Shown here in pieces: positions 13,009-22,098 of a stretch of DNA of 64,000 nucleotides. The translations under genes and the position numbers were made by a program. Below the pieces are notes generated by a model. That model did no database searches and was not told where the DNA came from. It saw only the letters and a list, made by a program, of their open reading frames with translations. Each line of letters starts with the position of its first letter. Position 1 is the first letter of the stretch. Origin of the DNA: Escherichia phage vB_Eco_NicPhage; sequence record OY726582. The stretch is one strand, 5' to 3'.

Positions 13009-13278
13009 TTATTTCTGTGCAATTTCGATGTAAGTTTTCAAAATATTTTGCCAATTAGGCATACCTTCTTGGACATATGCCGGAGAACCATCTTTGTTTT
13101 TGAATGATGCAAGTTTATCAGTGGCCCAATAACCTTTAGCTCGAGCTTCAGAATCAACTTTCATCCATACTTTGTTGAAGGCATTACCATTAACTTTTGC
13201 ACCATATTTTTCTACTAACTTAACTGCTTCAGCTTCCAGAACTTTTAAAGTATCTCGTAAGAAACGTGCTTTAGTCAT
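13009..13278 (-). CDS. hypothetical protein, orphan early gene between capsid genes 23 and 24
   Basis: 89-aa ORF with GAGGAG ribosome-binding site and its own sigma70-like promoter upstream; no recognisable domain. Confidence 0.55.
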   Translation of the reverse strand: MTKARFLRDTLKVLEAEAVKLVEKYGAKVNGNAFNKVWMKVDSEARAKGYWATDKLASFKNKDGSPAYVQEGMPNWQNILKTYIEIAQK

Positions 13279-13308
13279 TTTGTTTACTCCTCTGTAGTTG
13301 ATAAGTCT

Positions 13309-13338
13309 ATAGTATCACATACTAAATACGTTGTAAAC
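13309..13338 (-). promoter_or_regulatory. early sigma70-like promoter (-35 GTTTAC, 18-nt spacer, -10 TACTAT)
   Basis: Minus-strand GTTTAC...TGATACTATAGAC about 25 nt upstream of the 13278 ATG. Confidence 0.55.
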
Positions 13339-13344
13339 AATCTT

Positions 13345-13352
13345 TATAAATA
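13345..13352 (+). promoter_or_regulatory. late promoter TATAAATA upstream of gene 24
   Basis: Exact TATAAATA 28 nt upstream of the gene 24 ATG. Confidence 0.6.
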
Positions 13353-13379
13353 ATCTATATCACATAAGGAAAAAATGCA

Positions 13380-14663
13380 ATGAGTAAAATCCAAAAATTA
13401 TTGCGTGAATCTACAACGTCTACTAGCAACTCAATTGGTCGCCCAAATCTCGTTGCTTTGACTCGCGCTACGACTAAATTAGTATATTCTGACATTGTAG
13501 CAACACAAAGAACTAATCAACCTGTTGCTGCTTTTTATGGTATCAAATATCTTAACCCAGATAATGAATTTACATTTAAAACTGGTGCTACTTATGCTGG
13601 CGAAGTTGGATATGTAGACCGAGAAAAAATTACTGAACTCACAGAAGAATCAAAAGTCACACTAAATAAAGGTGATTTTTTCAAATATAATAATATCGTC
13701 TATAAAGTGTTAGAAGATACACCATTTGCAGATATTCAAGAAAGTGATCTAGAATTAGCTCTTCAGATTGCAGTCGTTCATTTAAAGGTACGGTTATTTT
13801 CAGATGCAGCGGTAACAAGCAAATTTGAAAGCTCTGATAGCGAAATTTCTGATGCAAGATTCCAGATTAATAAATGGCAAACTTCAGTCAAATCTCGTAA
13901 ACTTAAAACTGGCCTCACGGTTGAATTAGCGCAAGATTTGGAAGCGAATGGATTTGATGCCCCTAACTTCTTAGAAGATTTGCTTGCTACTGAAATGGCT
14001 GATGAAATTAATAAAGATATTCTTCAGTCTTTAATTACTGTATCGAAACGTTATAAAGTTACTGGAATTACTGACACCGGATTTATTGACTTGAGCTATG
14101 CATCCGCTCCAGAAGCAGGTCGTTCATTATATCGAATGGTGTGTGAAATGGTATCACACATTCAAAAAGAGACAACTTATACTGCAACGTTTTGTGTAGC
14201 CTCAGCTCGTGCAGCTGCTATTCTTGCTGCTTCTGGTTGGTTAAAACATAAGCCAGAAGATGACAAGTATCTTTCACAAAATGCTTATGGATTCTTGGCA
14301 AATGGATTACCTCTTTACTGCGATACCAACAGTCCGTTAGATTATGTTATTGTGGGTGTTGTAGAAAATATCGGCGAAAAAGAAATTGTAGGGTCCATCT
14401 TTTATGCTCCATACACTGAAGGAGTAGATTTAGATGACCCGGAACATGTCGGTGCATTTAAAGTTGTAGTTGATCCGGAAAGTTTGCAACCGTCTATCGG
14501 ATTATTGGTTAGATATGCTTTATCAGCAAATCCTTACACAGTAGCAAAAGACGAAAAAGAAGCGAGAATAATTGATGGTGGGGACATGGATAAAATGGCA
14601 GGACGTTCAGACTTGTCTGTTTTACTCGGTGTTAAATTGCCTAAAATTATTATAGATGAATAA
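13380..14663 (+). CDS. 24: capsid vertex protein gp24
   Basis: 427-aa ORF (T4 gp24 is 427 aa); gp23-paralogous fold expected; synteny. Confidence 0.9.
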   Translation: MSKIQKLLRESTTSTSNSIGRPNLVALTRATTKLVYSDIVATQRTNQPVAAFYGIKYLNPDNEFTFKTGATYAGEVGYVDREKITELTEESKVTLNKGDFFKYNNIVYKVLEDTPFADIQESDLELALQIAVVHLKVRLFSDAAVTSKFESSDSEISDARFQINKWQTSVKSRKLKTGLTVELAQDLEANGFDAPNFLEDLLATEMADEINKDILQSLITVSKRYKVTGITDTGFIDLSYASAPEAGRSLYRMVCEMVSHIQKETTYTATFCVASARAAAILAASGWLKHKPEDDKYLSQNAYGFLANGLPLYCDTNSPLDYVIVGVVENIGEKEIVGSIFYAPYTEGVDLDDPEHVGAFKVVVDPESLQPSIGLLVRYALSANPYTVAKDEKEARIIDGGDMDKMAGRSDLSVLLGVKLPKIIIDE

Positions 14664-14670
14664 ACAAAAA

Positions 14671-14696
14671 AAGGGACCTTACGGTCCCTTTTTTCG
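14671..14696. terminator. bidirectional intrinsic terminator between gene 24 (+) and rnlB (-)
   Basis: AAGGGACC-TTAC-GGTCCCTT hairpin flanked by an A-run upstream and a T-run downstream. Confidence 0.7.
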
Positions 14697-15695
14697 TTAT
14701 GATACTAATTCAATCCATGCAGGACGCAGAACATCTTGCACCATTCGGACTAATTCTTTCTTAACAAGATTCGGATTATCAGATGATGTTAATACAATAC
14801 CTTCACGAGAAGTTTCTTCCAGAATATCTTGAACAGTCAATCCCATCACTTTGCCAAAATCTTTTGGCGTTACAGTCCCAATCTTAGAAATAACATTATT
14901 AACACGATTTAATGTAACATAACAAGCTAGAACATCAAGCAAGTTTTTGTCAATTTCGGTTAATGGAACCTGAGTTTTAATAGGCTTATCAGACTTTTTC
15001 TTTTCACTGAATTTAGAGTTCTTGCACTTAATAGCTACACGAGTACCGTTTGGCAGCCATTTAGGAAAACAAGGCTTCAGAACATAACCTTCTGCTGTAT
15101 TATCGCCAATAACATTAGCATCAAATACACAATTATTTGCTTCTACAAGGTCTTCTGACGCAGTAGCATTATAAGCGGCTAAGACAGAATCAAGGTCGTT
15201 TGGAATCATGATAAGAGCATCAAATGTGCCACGTCCAAGCATTGGTGCCATTTTAAAACCGAATTCATTACAGAAATCTTGCATTTCGTAATCGGTCAAA
15301 TACGTATTATCACCACTTTCTGTATTGATAAGGATATCGAACACATAAAAATCTTTTTCACCGTAGTCAACACCTTTCTGGATTCCACCACCAGCGAATT
15401 CACCAAAGACCTGATATGATACAGCTCGAGAACTACCCATTACTTCTTGAACGTTTTTAATAGCCTTATCATACTTCTTGAGTACAATTTCATAACCATA
15501 AAAATCTTCTGCTGGAAGAATAGGGCCTGTGCGCTTGGCGCATGTGACGTTGTCACGTTCAATTATTAACGAGAAGTTAGTCCCATGGATTTTCTCACGT
15601 GCTACCCAAACACCAGTAGTCAAACCATTAGTGTAGAGTTTTTCAATAAACTTAGAGTTGTAGTGGTTTTCAAGACTGCTGTATTTCTTAAACAT
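14697..15695 (-). CDS. rnlB: RNA ligase 2 (Rnl2)
   Basis: 332-aa ORF near-identical in long stretches to remembered T4 Rnl2 ([27 protein letters not shown] nucleotidyltransferase motif). Confidence 0.92.
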   Translation of the reverse strand: MFKKYSSLENHYNSKFIEKLYTNGLTTGVWVAREKIHGTNFSLIIERDNVTCAKRTGPILPAEDFYGYEIVLKKYDKAIKNVQEVMGSSRAVSYQVFGEFAGGGIQKGVDYGEKDFYVFDILINTESGDNTYLTDYEMQDFCNEFGFKMAPMLGRGTFDALIMIPNDLDSVLAAYNATASEDLVEANNCVFDANVIGDNTAEGYVLKPCFPKWLPNGTRVAIKCKNSKFSEKKKSDKPIKTQVPLTEIDKNLLDVLACYVTLNRVNNVISKIGTVTPKDFGKVMGLTVQDILEETSREGIVLTSSDNPNLVKKELVRMVQDVLRPAWIELVS

Positions 15696-15814
15696 AAATC
15701 ACCATTATAAATAATAATATCAAAATAATTAGCAGAGACTCTATCTCTGACCGGATGTTTAATTTGAATGGATAGAACCTAGATTCATTATACCATCAAA
15801 AATTGTAAAGCATA

Positions 15815-16066
15815 TTAGAACTTGATTTCTATCCAATGACCATCACGCTGGTCGTGATTAATTTTGTACTGAAAGCCGTTATCACGAAGCCATTGACCGA
15901 CTTGTTCAGTTATAGTTAAATCATTCTTTGACGGATAGTACGTGAATTGTGTCTGGCCTTTATCAGCGGCTTTCTCTGCCATCACAGAGAAGTTAGTAAT
16001 AAAATCACTCAACAAATTAGCTTTAGTGGCCAGCGCCCTTTCTCTTAATTCCTGTGCAAAACTCAT
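15815..16066 (-). CDS. hypothetical protein (T4 24.2-like position)
   Basis: 83-aa ORF between rnlB and hoc. Confidence 0.5.
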   Translation of the reverse strand: MSFAQELRERALATKANLLSDFITNFSVMAEKAADKGQTQFTYYPSKNDLTITEQVGQWLRDNGFQYKINHDQRDGHWIEIKF

Positions 16067-16263
16067 TTCTTCACCTTTTTGTTAATCAAACGTTTACGGT
16101 ATACAACTTTTTCTTTTGCTTTAAACTTTGACCGAGCTGTCTCGGCTTTAGTCCATAGTAATCCAACTTCTTTAGGTTGTAAACCAATTTTTTGAGCAAT
16201 TTCTACGAATGAAAATCCCGCCTCATGTAATGTATAAACTTCAACTTCAGCTCTCATAATCAA
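16063..16263 (-). CDS. hypothetical small basic protein (T4 24.3-like position)
   Basis: 66-aa ORF; 4-nt overlap with the downstream gene. Confidence 0.5.
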   Translation of the reverse strand: MIMRAEVEVYTLHEAGFSFVEIAQKIGLQPKEVGLLWTKAETARSKFKAKEKVVYRKRLINKKVKK

Positions 16264-16324
16264 TCCCGTATTATTTGGTTTGTGCCATTATATACATAAA
16301 TCTCAAGTTGTGTTTTGTATGCTT

Positions 16325-16353
16325 TAAAAACGAAGAAAGGGGCCGAAGCCCCT
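16325..16353 (-). terminator. intrinsic terminator after hoc (GGGGC-UUCG-GCCCC plus U-run on minus strand)
   Basis: Hairpin at 16338-16353 followed on the minus strand by a T-rich run. Confidence 0.6.
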
Positions 16354-16358
16354 TACGA

Positions 16359-17489
16359 TTATGGATACGTATAGATGATACCAGTTTCCAAAGCAGTTTT
16401 ATGGATGATGTATCCATTACGTGATTCTTGAACATCAACTTCCGGATAGTCTTTCATCATCTTCTGAAGAGTGTAACGATGCAGGTAGTATTTACTATCT
16501 GGATCTTCAGTTTTCCAATCTTTACCTTCTTCAGTCATTTTTTGGATTTCATCCATAACCCACCAACCGCACCAGATGTAAGCTGAAGTACGATGTGGAA
16601 GAGGATGAACATAAGGTAGTTCACCTTCTGGTTCTGGAGCAACTTTATCAGTTACCTGAACTTGACCTTCTGCTGTAATAGTTTTGCTATCGTAATCAGT
16701 TGCAGTAATAGTTGCAGTAACTTCAATAGTTTGACTTCCAATAGACGAGGTATCAACGGTATATACATTAGTTGACCCTTCTACAGGAGAAGAATCTTTC
16801 TTCCATGAATACGCAATTTGCGCTTCTTCTGGAGCATCCGTAACATTAGCCGTAAATGTAGCCGAAGCATCTTGTTGAACATTAATAGAAGGAGGAGTCA
16901 ATGTAACCTGTGGATTCATTGTCTTCTTATTAACCGTTAATGATACTTCATTCGAAGTAACTTCCTTTGCATCATAATCTGTCGCAGTTACTTGGGCTAC
17001 ACATTTAATTCTTTTTACTCCACTTGTAGTTGGAGTATAGCTAAATGTAGAGTTAGTTTCTCCACCAACCTGTGAATCATCTACATACCACTGATACGTA
17101 GCAGACGCTCCAGCTGGTTGAGAAGCTAAGGCAGCAGTAAATTGAACTGGGGTTCCAATTACTCCAGCTGAAGGACTATTGGGAGTTACAGCTAAGGTAG
17201 TCGTTTGTGTCTTGTTTTGAACTGTGATGGTTGTAGAAGCTTCTGCTGTTTCAGCTTCAGCTTCTGGAACTGTATTTGTTGCAACTACTTTAATAGTCTT
17301 TTGACCGGCAGGTCCTTTTAGTACATAACTAAAAGTTGCTTCAGCTCCATCTTGCGGAACATCATCTACAGACCAAGCATATGTAATAGTTCCACCTCCA
17401 GTTTCACCACTGGGAGTAGCAGTAAACTGCTTAGTCTCATCTATAACTCCAGTAGGTGTTTTAGGAGTTATATCAACTGTAAAAGCCAT
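16359..17489 (-). CDS. hoc: Hoc outer capsid decoration protein (Ig-like domains)
   Basis: 376-aa ORF closely matching remembered T4 Hoc (FTVDITPKTPTGVIDETKQFTATPSG..., C-terminal capsid-binding region). Confidence 0.92.
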   Translation of the reverse strand: MAFTVDITPKTPTGVIDETKQFTATPSGETGGGTITYAWSVDDVPQDGAEATFSYVLKGPAGQKTIKVVATNTVPEAEAETAEASTTITVQNKTQTTTLAVTPNSPSAGVIGTPVQFTAALASQPAGASATYQWYVDDSQVGGETNSTFSYTPTTSGVKRIKCVAQVTATDYDAKEVTSNEVSLTVNKKTMNPQVTLTPPSINVQQDASATFTANVTDAPEEAQIAYSWKKDSSPVEGSTNVYTVDTSSIGSQTIEVTATITATDYDSKTITAEGQVQVTDKVAPEPEGELPYVHPLPHRTSAYIWCGWWVMDEIQKMTEEGKDWKTEDPDSKYYLHRYTLQKMMKDYPEVDVQESRNGYIIHKTALETGIIYTYP

Positions 17490-17498
17490 AAGTTATCC

Positions 17499-18167
17499 TT
17501 ATTTTAATGTTACGAAAGAAGAATTACGAGTTTCACGAATTAGAACTGATCCATCGCGATTAATATAATAAATTAAGCTAAATAATGTTTGGTGAGCAGA
17601 AGCATGCACAAAACTAGTTGGGCGAGATTTCCAATCTGGGGTTTCGGCTATCCATTGATAAATCCACCAAGGAACAGTAACATATCCTGGGCCTTTGCCT
17701 AATTTAATGAGTGTAGGACTAAAATTTTCAGGCAGAACAAATTTTACTTCTTTATTTACCTCTGGCTCCGGCTCTTTTTCAGATTCAACAACCTGAGTAA
17801 TTGCTTCTTCGAATTTATCATGGTCGAATTCTTTTTCTTGTTCGACAACTTCTAATACTTCAACTTGTTCTGTTGGAGAATCAAACAACAGAATAGCTTC
17901 TTCTTTAACTTCTTCGTTGGTGAAATTAACACCGTCCACATCATCTGCGGCAGTAATTAAATCGGTGATAGATAATCCATCGGTTTCAGGTAATGGTTCA
18001 TCAGCCAGTGCGTTAAGAGCTTCTTCGATATCAATAACAATATTATCGAATGATTTTGTTTTCTTAACACTAATGCCAAATTGTTCCGCATATTCAAACA
18101 GTTTAGCTTTGGCTTCCTTTTTATCAGAAAGAGCACGTAACTCTTCAATATAGTCTTTATCGATCAT
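17499..18167 (-). CDS. inh: Inh-like protein (inhibitor of prohead protease), acidic
   Basis: 222-aa acidic ORF immediately after hoc as in T4; assignment mainly by synteny. Confidence 0.55.
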   Translation of the reverse strand: MIDKDYIEELRALSDKKEAKAKLFEYAEQFGISVKKTKSFDNIVIDIEEALNALADEPLPETDGLSITDLITAADDVDGVNFTNEEVKEEAILLFDSPTEQVEVLEVVEQEKEFDHDKFEEAITQVVESEKEPEPEVNKEVKFVLPENFSPTLIKLGKGPGYVTVPWWIYQWIAETPDWKSRPTSFVHASAHQTLFSLIYYINRDGSVLIRETRNSSFVTLK

Positions 18168-18180
18168 GGTATTTCCTCAT

Positions 18181-18188
18181 TATAAATA
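18181..18188 (+). promoter_or_regulatory. late promoter TATAAATA upstream of the SegE-like endonuclease gene
   Basis: Exact TATAAATA 17-29 nt upstream of candidate ATGs at 18205 and 18217. Confidence 0.55.
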
Positions 18189-18204
18189 TAACTATATTTA
18201 TTAC

Positions 18205-18948
18205 ATGGAAAAGAGTATGTATCACTTTGTTTATGAGACCGTAAATTTAATTAATGGTAAAAAGTACATTGGCAAACATTCTACAGAAAATTTAAATGAT
18301 TCGTATCTAGGGTCAGGTGTTGCCTTAAATCGCGCTATCAAAAAATACGGAGAAGAATCATTTAAACGTTCAATAATTAAACAATTTGAAACTTCCGCTG
18401 AAGCTTTAGAATACGAAGCTCAGTTAGTAACAGAGGATTTGGTCAAATCTAACGAGTATTATAATATGCGCCAAGGCGGTGAAGGTGGAAGGTATAAGTA
18501 CACCGAAGCTGATAAGACTAAAATGTCTAATAGTGCTAAAGAACGAATAAAGAGGCTTGGTCATAATCTTTTAGGAAAACACAGATCGGAAGAAACAAAA
18601 AGAAAACTATCTGAAACAAATAAACGTCGATACTCTGAAGACCCAACATGCCACGGGCGGTATGGTACAGGAAAGCCAAAGATTGATAAAATTAAAGGTC
18701 CTAAAAATCCTACAACTCTAAATAAAATTTGTGTTAACAACGGTAAAGAAAACAGATTTATATCAGCCGAGGACCCGATGCCTGAAGGATTTGTAAAAGG
18801 AATGGTCCAACTTAATAGAAAATCTAGAAAGGGCTGTGAAGTAAAACCTACGACCACCGGCAGAATATGGGTAAATAACGGGGCTATAAATAAATTAGTA
18901 AATCCGTTATCCATCCCAGATGGATATGTTAAAGGCCGTTTAAGGTAA
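18205..18948 (+). CDS. GIY-YIG homing endonuclease, SegE-like by position (between inh and uvsW)
   Basis: GIY-YIG motifs (HFVYETVNLINGKKYIGKH, YLGSGVALNRAIKKYG, R...GGEGG) and a basic C-terminal half; track ORF starts at 18166 but the late promoter lies inside that extension, so start placed at 18205 (18217 also possible). Confidence 0.75.
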   Translation: MEKSMYHFVYETVNLINGKKYIGKHSTENLNDSYLGSGVALNRAIKKYGEESFKRSIIKQFETSAEALEYEAQLVTEDLVKSNEYYNMRQGGEGGRYKYTEADKTKMSNSAKERIKRLGHNLLGKHRSEETKRKLSETNKRRYSEDPTCHGRYGTGKPKIDKIKGPKNPTTLNKICVNNGKENRFISAEDPMPEGFVKGMVQLNRKSRKGCEVKPTTTGRIWVNNGAINKLVNPLSIPDGYVKGRLR

Positions 18949-18953
18949 TTATT

Positions 18954-20468
18954 ATGACAGATATTAAAGTACATTTTCACGATTTTAGCCATGTAAGAAT
19001 TGAATGCGACGAAAGCGTGTTCTATGAATTACGCGACTTTTTTAGCTTTGAAGCCGATGGGTACAAATTCAACCCGCGTTACAAATATGGGAACTGGGAT
19101 GGTAGAATTCGACTTTTAGATTACAACCGTTTGTTACCATATGGACTTGTAGGACAAATAAAAAAGTTCTGTAGCAATATGAGTTATTCTGTATGGGTTG
19201 ACCCTAAAATCTTTGAGACCGAAGACCTTACCAGAGAAGATTTTGACGCATGGCTTTCTAAACAAGAAATTTATTCGGGCAACGCCAAAATCGAACCACA
19301 TTGGTATCAAAAAGATGCAGTATATGAAGGACTAGTTAATCGTCGTCGAATTTTAAACCTTCCGACATCAGCAGGTAAATCACTAATCCAAGCACTTTTA
19401 GCTCGATATTATCTAGAGAACTATGAAGGTAAAATTCTCATTATCGTCCCTACAACAGCATTGACAACCCAGATGGCTAATGATTTTGTTGATTATCGCT
19501 TGTTTAGTCATTCGATGATTAAGAAAATTGGCGGTGGTGCTGATAAAGCAGACAAATCTAAAAACGACGCTCCAATTATTGTTGGCACATGGCAAACAGT
19601 AGTTAAGCAGCCTAAAGAATGGTTCTCTCAGTTCGGTATGATGATGAACGATGAATGCCACTTAGCAACAGGCAAAAGTATTTCTTCAATCATCGCAGGA
19701 TTAAATAATTGTATGTTTAAATTCGGTTTATCTGGCTCATTAAGAGACGGAAAGGCCAATGTAATGCAGTACGTAGGTATGTTCGGCGAAATCTTCCGTC
19801 CTGTTAGCACGTCTAAATTAATGGAAGATGGACAGGTAACTGAGCTTAAGATTAATAGTATTTTCCTTCGTTATCCAGACGAATTCGCCACCAAATTAAA
19901 AGGTAAAACATACCAAGAAGAAGTTAAAATTATTACCGGACTAAAACGACGTACAAAGTGGATTGCTCAACTTTCAGTCAAATTGGCTAAGAAAGACGAG
20001 AACGCTTTTGTAATGTTTAAACACGTTACACACGGTAAAGAAATATTTGAAGCTATTAAAGAGCTTGGATACGAAAAAGTTTATTACGTATCAGGTGAAG
20101 TTGATACTGAAACACGTAACGCGCTTAAAGTCATGGCAGAAAATGGTAAAGGCATTATTATTGTCGCATCATATGGAGTATTCTCTACTGGTATTTCAGT
20201 CAAGAATCTTCATCATGTTATTTTTGCCCATGGTGTTAAATCAAAAATTATCGTACTTCAAACCGTAGGTCGCGTGCTTCGTAAGCATGGTTCTAAATCT
20301 GTTGCTACAGTTTGGGATCTCATCGACGATGCAGGTGTAAAACCTAAATCATTAAATACTAAAAAGAAGTATACTCATCTTAATTACTTGTTAAAACACG
20401 GTATTGATCGTATCCAACGTTACGCTGATGAGAAATTTAACTATGTAATGAAAACAATTAATTTATAA
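18954..20468 (+). CDS. uvsW: UvsW helicase (SF2, recombination/repair)
   Basis: 504-aa ORF with helicase motifs (PTSAGKS Walker A, DECH box), T4 UvsW length. Confidence 0.9.
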   Translation: MTDIKVHFHDFSHVRIECDESVFYELRDFFSFEADGYKFNPRYKYGNWDGRIRLLDYNRLLPYGLVGQIKKFCSNMSYSVWVDPKIFETEDLTREDFDAWLSKQEIYSGNAKIEPHWYQKDAVYEGLVNRRRILNLPTSAGKSLIQALLARYYLENYEGKILIIVPTTALTTQMANDFVDYRLFSHSMIKKIGGGADKADKSKNDAPIIVGTWQTVVKQPKEWFSQFGMMMNDECHLATGKSISSIIAGLNNCMFKFGLSGSLRDGKANVMQYVGMFGEIFRPVSTSKLMEDGQVTELKINSIFLRYPDEFATKLKGKTYQEEVKIITGLKRRTKWIAQLSVKLAKKDENAFVMFKHVTHGKEIFEAIKELGYEKVYYVSGEVDTETRNALKVMAENGKGIIIVASYGVFSTGISVKNLHHVIFAHGVKSKIIVLQTVGRVLRKHGSKSVATVWDLIDDAGVKPKSLNTKKKYTHLNYLLKHGIDRIQRYADEKFNYVMKTINL

Positions 20469-20482
20469 GGGCTTCGGCCCTT
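20467..20482 (+). other. stem-loop AAGGGC-UUCG-GCCCUU between uvsW and uvsW.1
   Basis: Perfect hairpin with no U-run, directly followed by the AGGAG ribosome-binding site of uvsW.1. Confidence 0.45.
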
Positions 20483-20493
20483 AGGAGATAAAA

Positions 20494-20724
20494 ATGGTAC
20501 TTGAATTTAAACAATTTTTATACGAAGCATCTATTGACGAATTCATGGGTAAAATTGCTAGTTGTCATACCCTAGAAGGGCTTGAAGAATTGGAAGCTTA
20601 TTATAAGAAACGTATAAAAGAAACGGAATTAAAAGATACAGATGATATTTCTGTCAGGGATGCCTTAGCAGGTAAGCGTGCCGAACTTGAAGGCGATGAT
20701 GAGGATGTGGAAGAAGACTTCTAA
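20494..20724 (+). CDS. uvsW.1: UvsW.1 small acidic protein
   Basis: 76-aa ORF immediately downstream of uvsW, same size as T4 UvsW.1. Confidence 0.7.
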   Translation: MVLEFKQFLYEASIDEFMGKIASCHTLEGLEELEAYYKKRIKETELKDTDDISVRDALAGKRAELEGDDEDVEEDF

Positions 20725-20726
20725 TT

Positions 20727-20756
20727 AAAAAAAGGCCCGACCTTTTTGGAAGGGCC
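20727..20756 (-). terminator. terminator hairpin GGCCC...GGGCC with flanking A/T runs between uvsW.1 and the uvsY operon
   Basis: Inverted repeat at 20734-20756 followed on the minus strand by TTTTTTT. Confidence 0.5.
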
Positions 20757-20782
20757 AAAAACCATAGGCAAAAAAGGTAACA

Positions 20783-20950
20783 CTATAGTAAAAGTTGGGT
20801 TTCATTCAATTGCTCTTCTGAACTTTCTGAAACCGGCAATTGTTGGACATAATTATAACAAGGACCAGGATGTGCTGGACCTTTGTCTGTTTCAACAACC
20901 AATGCAGAATCGATTGGAGTTTTACAGACAACACAAATCTTATCTGACAT
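20783..20950 (-). CDS. small Cys-containing protein (uvsY.-2-like position), 55 aa
   Basis: Own translation: MSDKICVVCKTPIDSALVVETDKGPAHPGPCYNYVQQLPVSESSEEQLNETQLLL, preceded by GGAGG; below the 60-aa cutoff of the ORF track. Confidence 0.45.
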   Translation of the reverse strand: MSDKICVVCKTPIDSALVVETDKGPAHPGPCYNYVQQLPVSESSEEQLNETQLLL

Positions 20951-20982
20951 GATTGCCTCCTAAGTTGAAATTACATATCTAT

Positions 20983-21207
20983 TTATACCACTCGCATGCA
21001 CATATCGATACCCATATCTTTTGTATAAAAATACTCGTCGATGTACCCAGCAAACTTCCCTTTAATATAAAGGACGTCTTCGCCACAAGGGTGGTCTGCC
21101 AGGATACGAATATCCTGACGACGTAGACGATACTTTTCCATTAAGAATTTAATTTCAGTTTCAAATTCTTCGTCATTATTAAAGGCATCTTCAATTGAAT
21201 AACGCAT
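20983..21207 (-). CDS. hypothetical protein (uvsY.-1-like position)
   Basis: 74-aa ORF abutting the uvsY stop. Confidence 0.55.
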   Translation of the reverse strand: MRYSIEDAFNNDEEFETEIKFLMEKYRLRRQDIRILADHPCGEDVLYIKGKFAGYIDEYFYTKDMGIDMCMRVV

Positions 21208-21620
21208 TATTGCCCCGCTTCAAATTCTCGCATATCCTGGATATGTTTAAGTGCAAAACTACGAGACTTAACTGCGTCAAGTGCACCACTACAGAACTCA
21301 AGTAAAATTCCCCAGTATTGTAAAGTAGTCTCTATTTTAAGCACATCTTTATCTGCAGCCAGGACAGTTTTCATTTCAGATTTCTCGTATCGGTCCATAC
21401 TGAATTCATCACCGTCACCTCGTCCCGAGTAGTAGTCTAATCTTGCTTTTAGAGCAGTTTTCTTCTGAGTCTCTATACGCAACATTTCTTTACGAATAAA
21501 TGAGTGCTTACGTAGCCATTTGCTGTATAACTTAACATTATTCGCCGTCTCATATTGCAACTTTGTCATATCAATAGCTAAGTCTGCGTCTAACTCTTCC
21601 TGTAAATCTTCCAGCTTCAT
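21207..21620 (-). CDS. uvsY: UvsY recombination mediator
   Basis: 137-aa ORF closely matching remembered T4 UvsY (LEDLQEEL..., RLDYYSGRGDGDEFSMDRYEKSEMKTVL). Confidence 0.92.
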   Translation of the reverse strand: MKLEDLQEELDADLAIDMTKLQYETANNVKLYSKWLRKHSFIRKEMLRIETQKKTALKARLDYYSGRGDGDEFSMDRYEKSEMKTVLAADKDVLKIETTLQYWGILLEFCSGALDAVKSRSFALKHIQDMREFEAGQ

Positions 21621-21674
21621 AATATTCTCTCTTTAACTAATAATCTCCCGGCTGTATCGGAAGGACCTAAAACC

Positions 21675-21700
21675 ATTATACATAGGTTGCCTTGAAGCAT
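21675..21700 (-). promoter_or_regulatory. MotA-dependent middle promoter for uvsY (MotA box ATGCTTCA, 12 nt, -10 TATAAT)
   Basis: Minus-strand aATGCTTCAaggcaacctatgTATAAT about 55 nt upstream of the uvsY ATG; matches the T4 middle-promoter architecture. Confidence 0.5.
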
Positions 21701-22098
21701 TACACTCTATTGCTTGACGCTAACTGAAGTTTAATTTGTTCAATATCGTCAGGGTTGTCTACGACCGAAAATCTAATCTCTACTATAACCGTATAGTCAT
21801 CATATACTGGCGTTACACTTACAGAAAGTTTGTCGATGCGTGGCTCATAGTTACGAACAGCTGCCTGGATATTACGCTCAATCGTATCGGCTGTAAGTGG
21901 TGTCATGTTCTCGAAAAGTTCATCAACCAAATCGCATCCAAATTCAGGGTCGAAGGGGCGTGAGCCTTTTCTAGTTGTCACTATACCAAGAAGACTATTT
22001 TTAATAGAACGAAGTCCTACAGAACGAGCAACGTCCTTGTTCCAATCCATACGCATTTCTGGATCGATATCTGAATAAAGTTTATTGATATTAGACAT
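21700..22098 (-). CDS. 25: baseplate wedge protein gp25
   Basis: 132-aa ORF, T4 gp25 length and synteny. Confidence 0.9.
   Translation of the reverse strand: MSNINKLYSDIDPEMRMDWNKDVARSVGLRSIKNSLLGIVTTRKGSRPFDPEFGCDLVDELFENMTPLTADTIERNIQAAVRNYEPRIDKLSVSVTPVYDDYTVIVEIRFSVVDNPDDIEQIKLQLASSNRV

Noticed and set aside
20746-20952. 68-aa plus-strand ORF between uvsW.1 and uvsY
   Set aside because: No ribosome-binding site, counter-oriented to the surrounding minus-strand operon, and fully antisense to a better-supported 55-aa minus-strand ORF with GGAGG.
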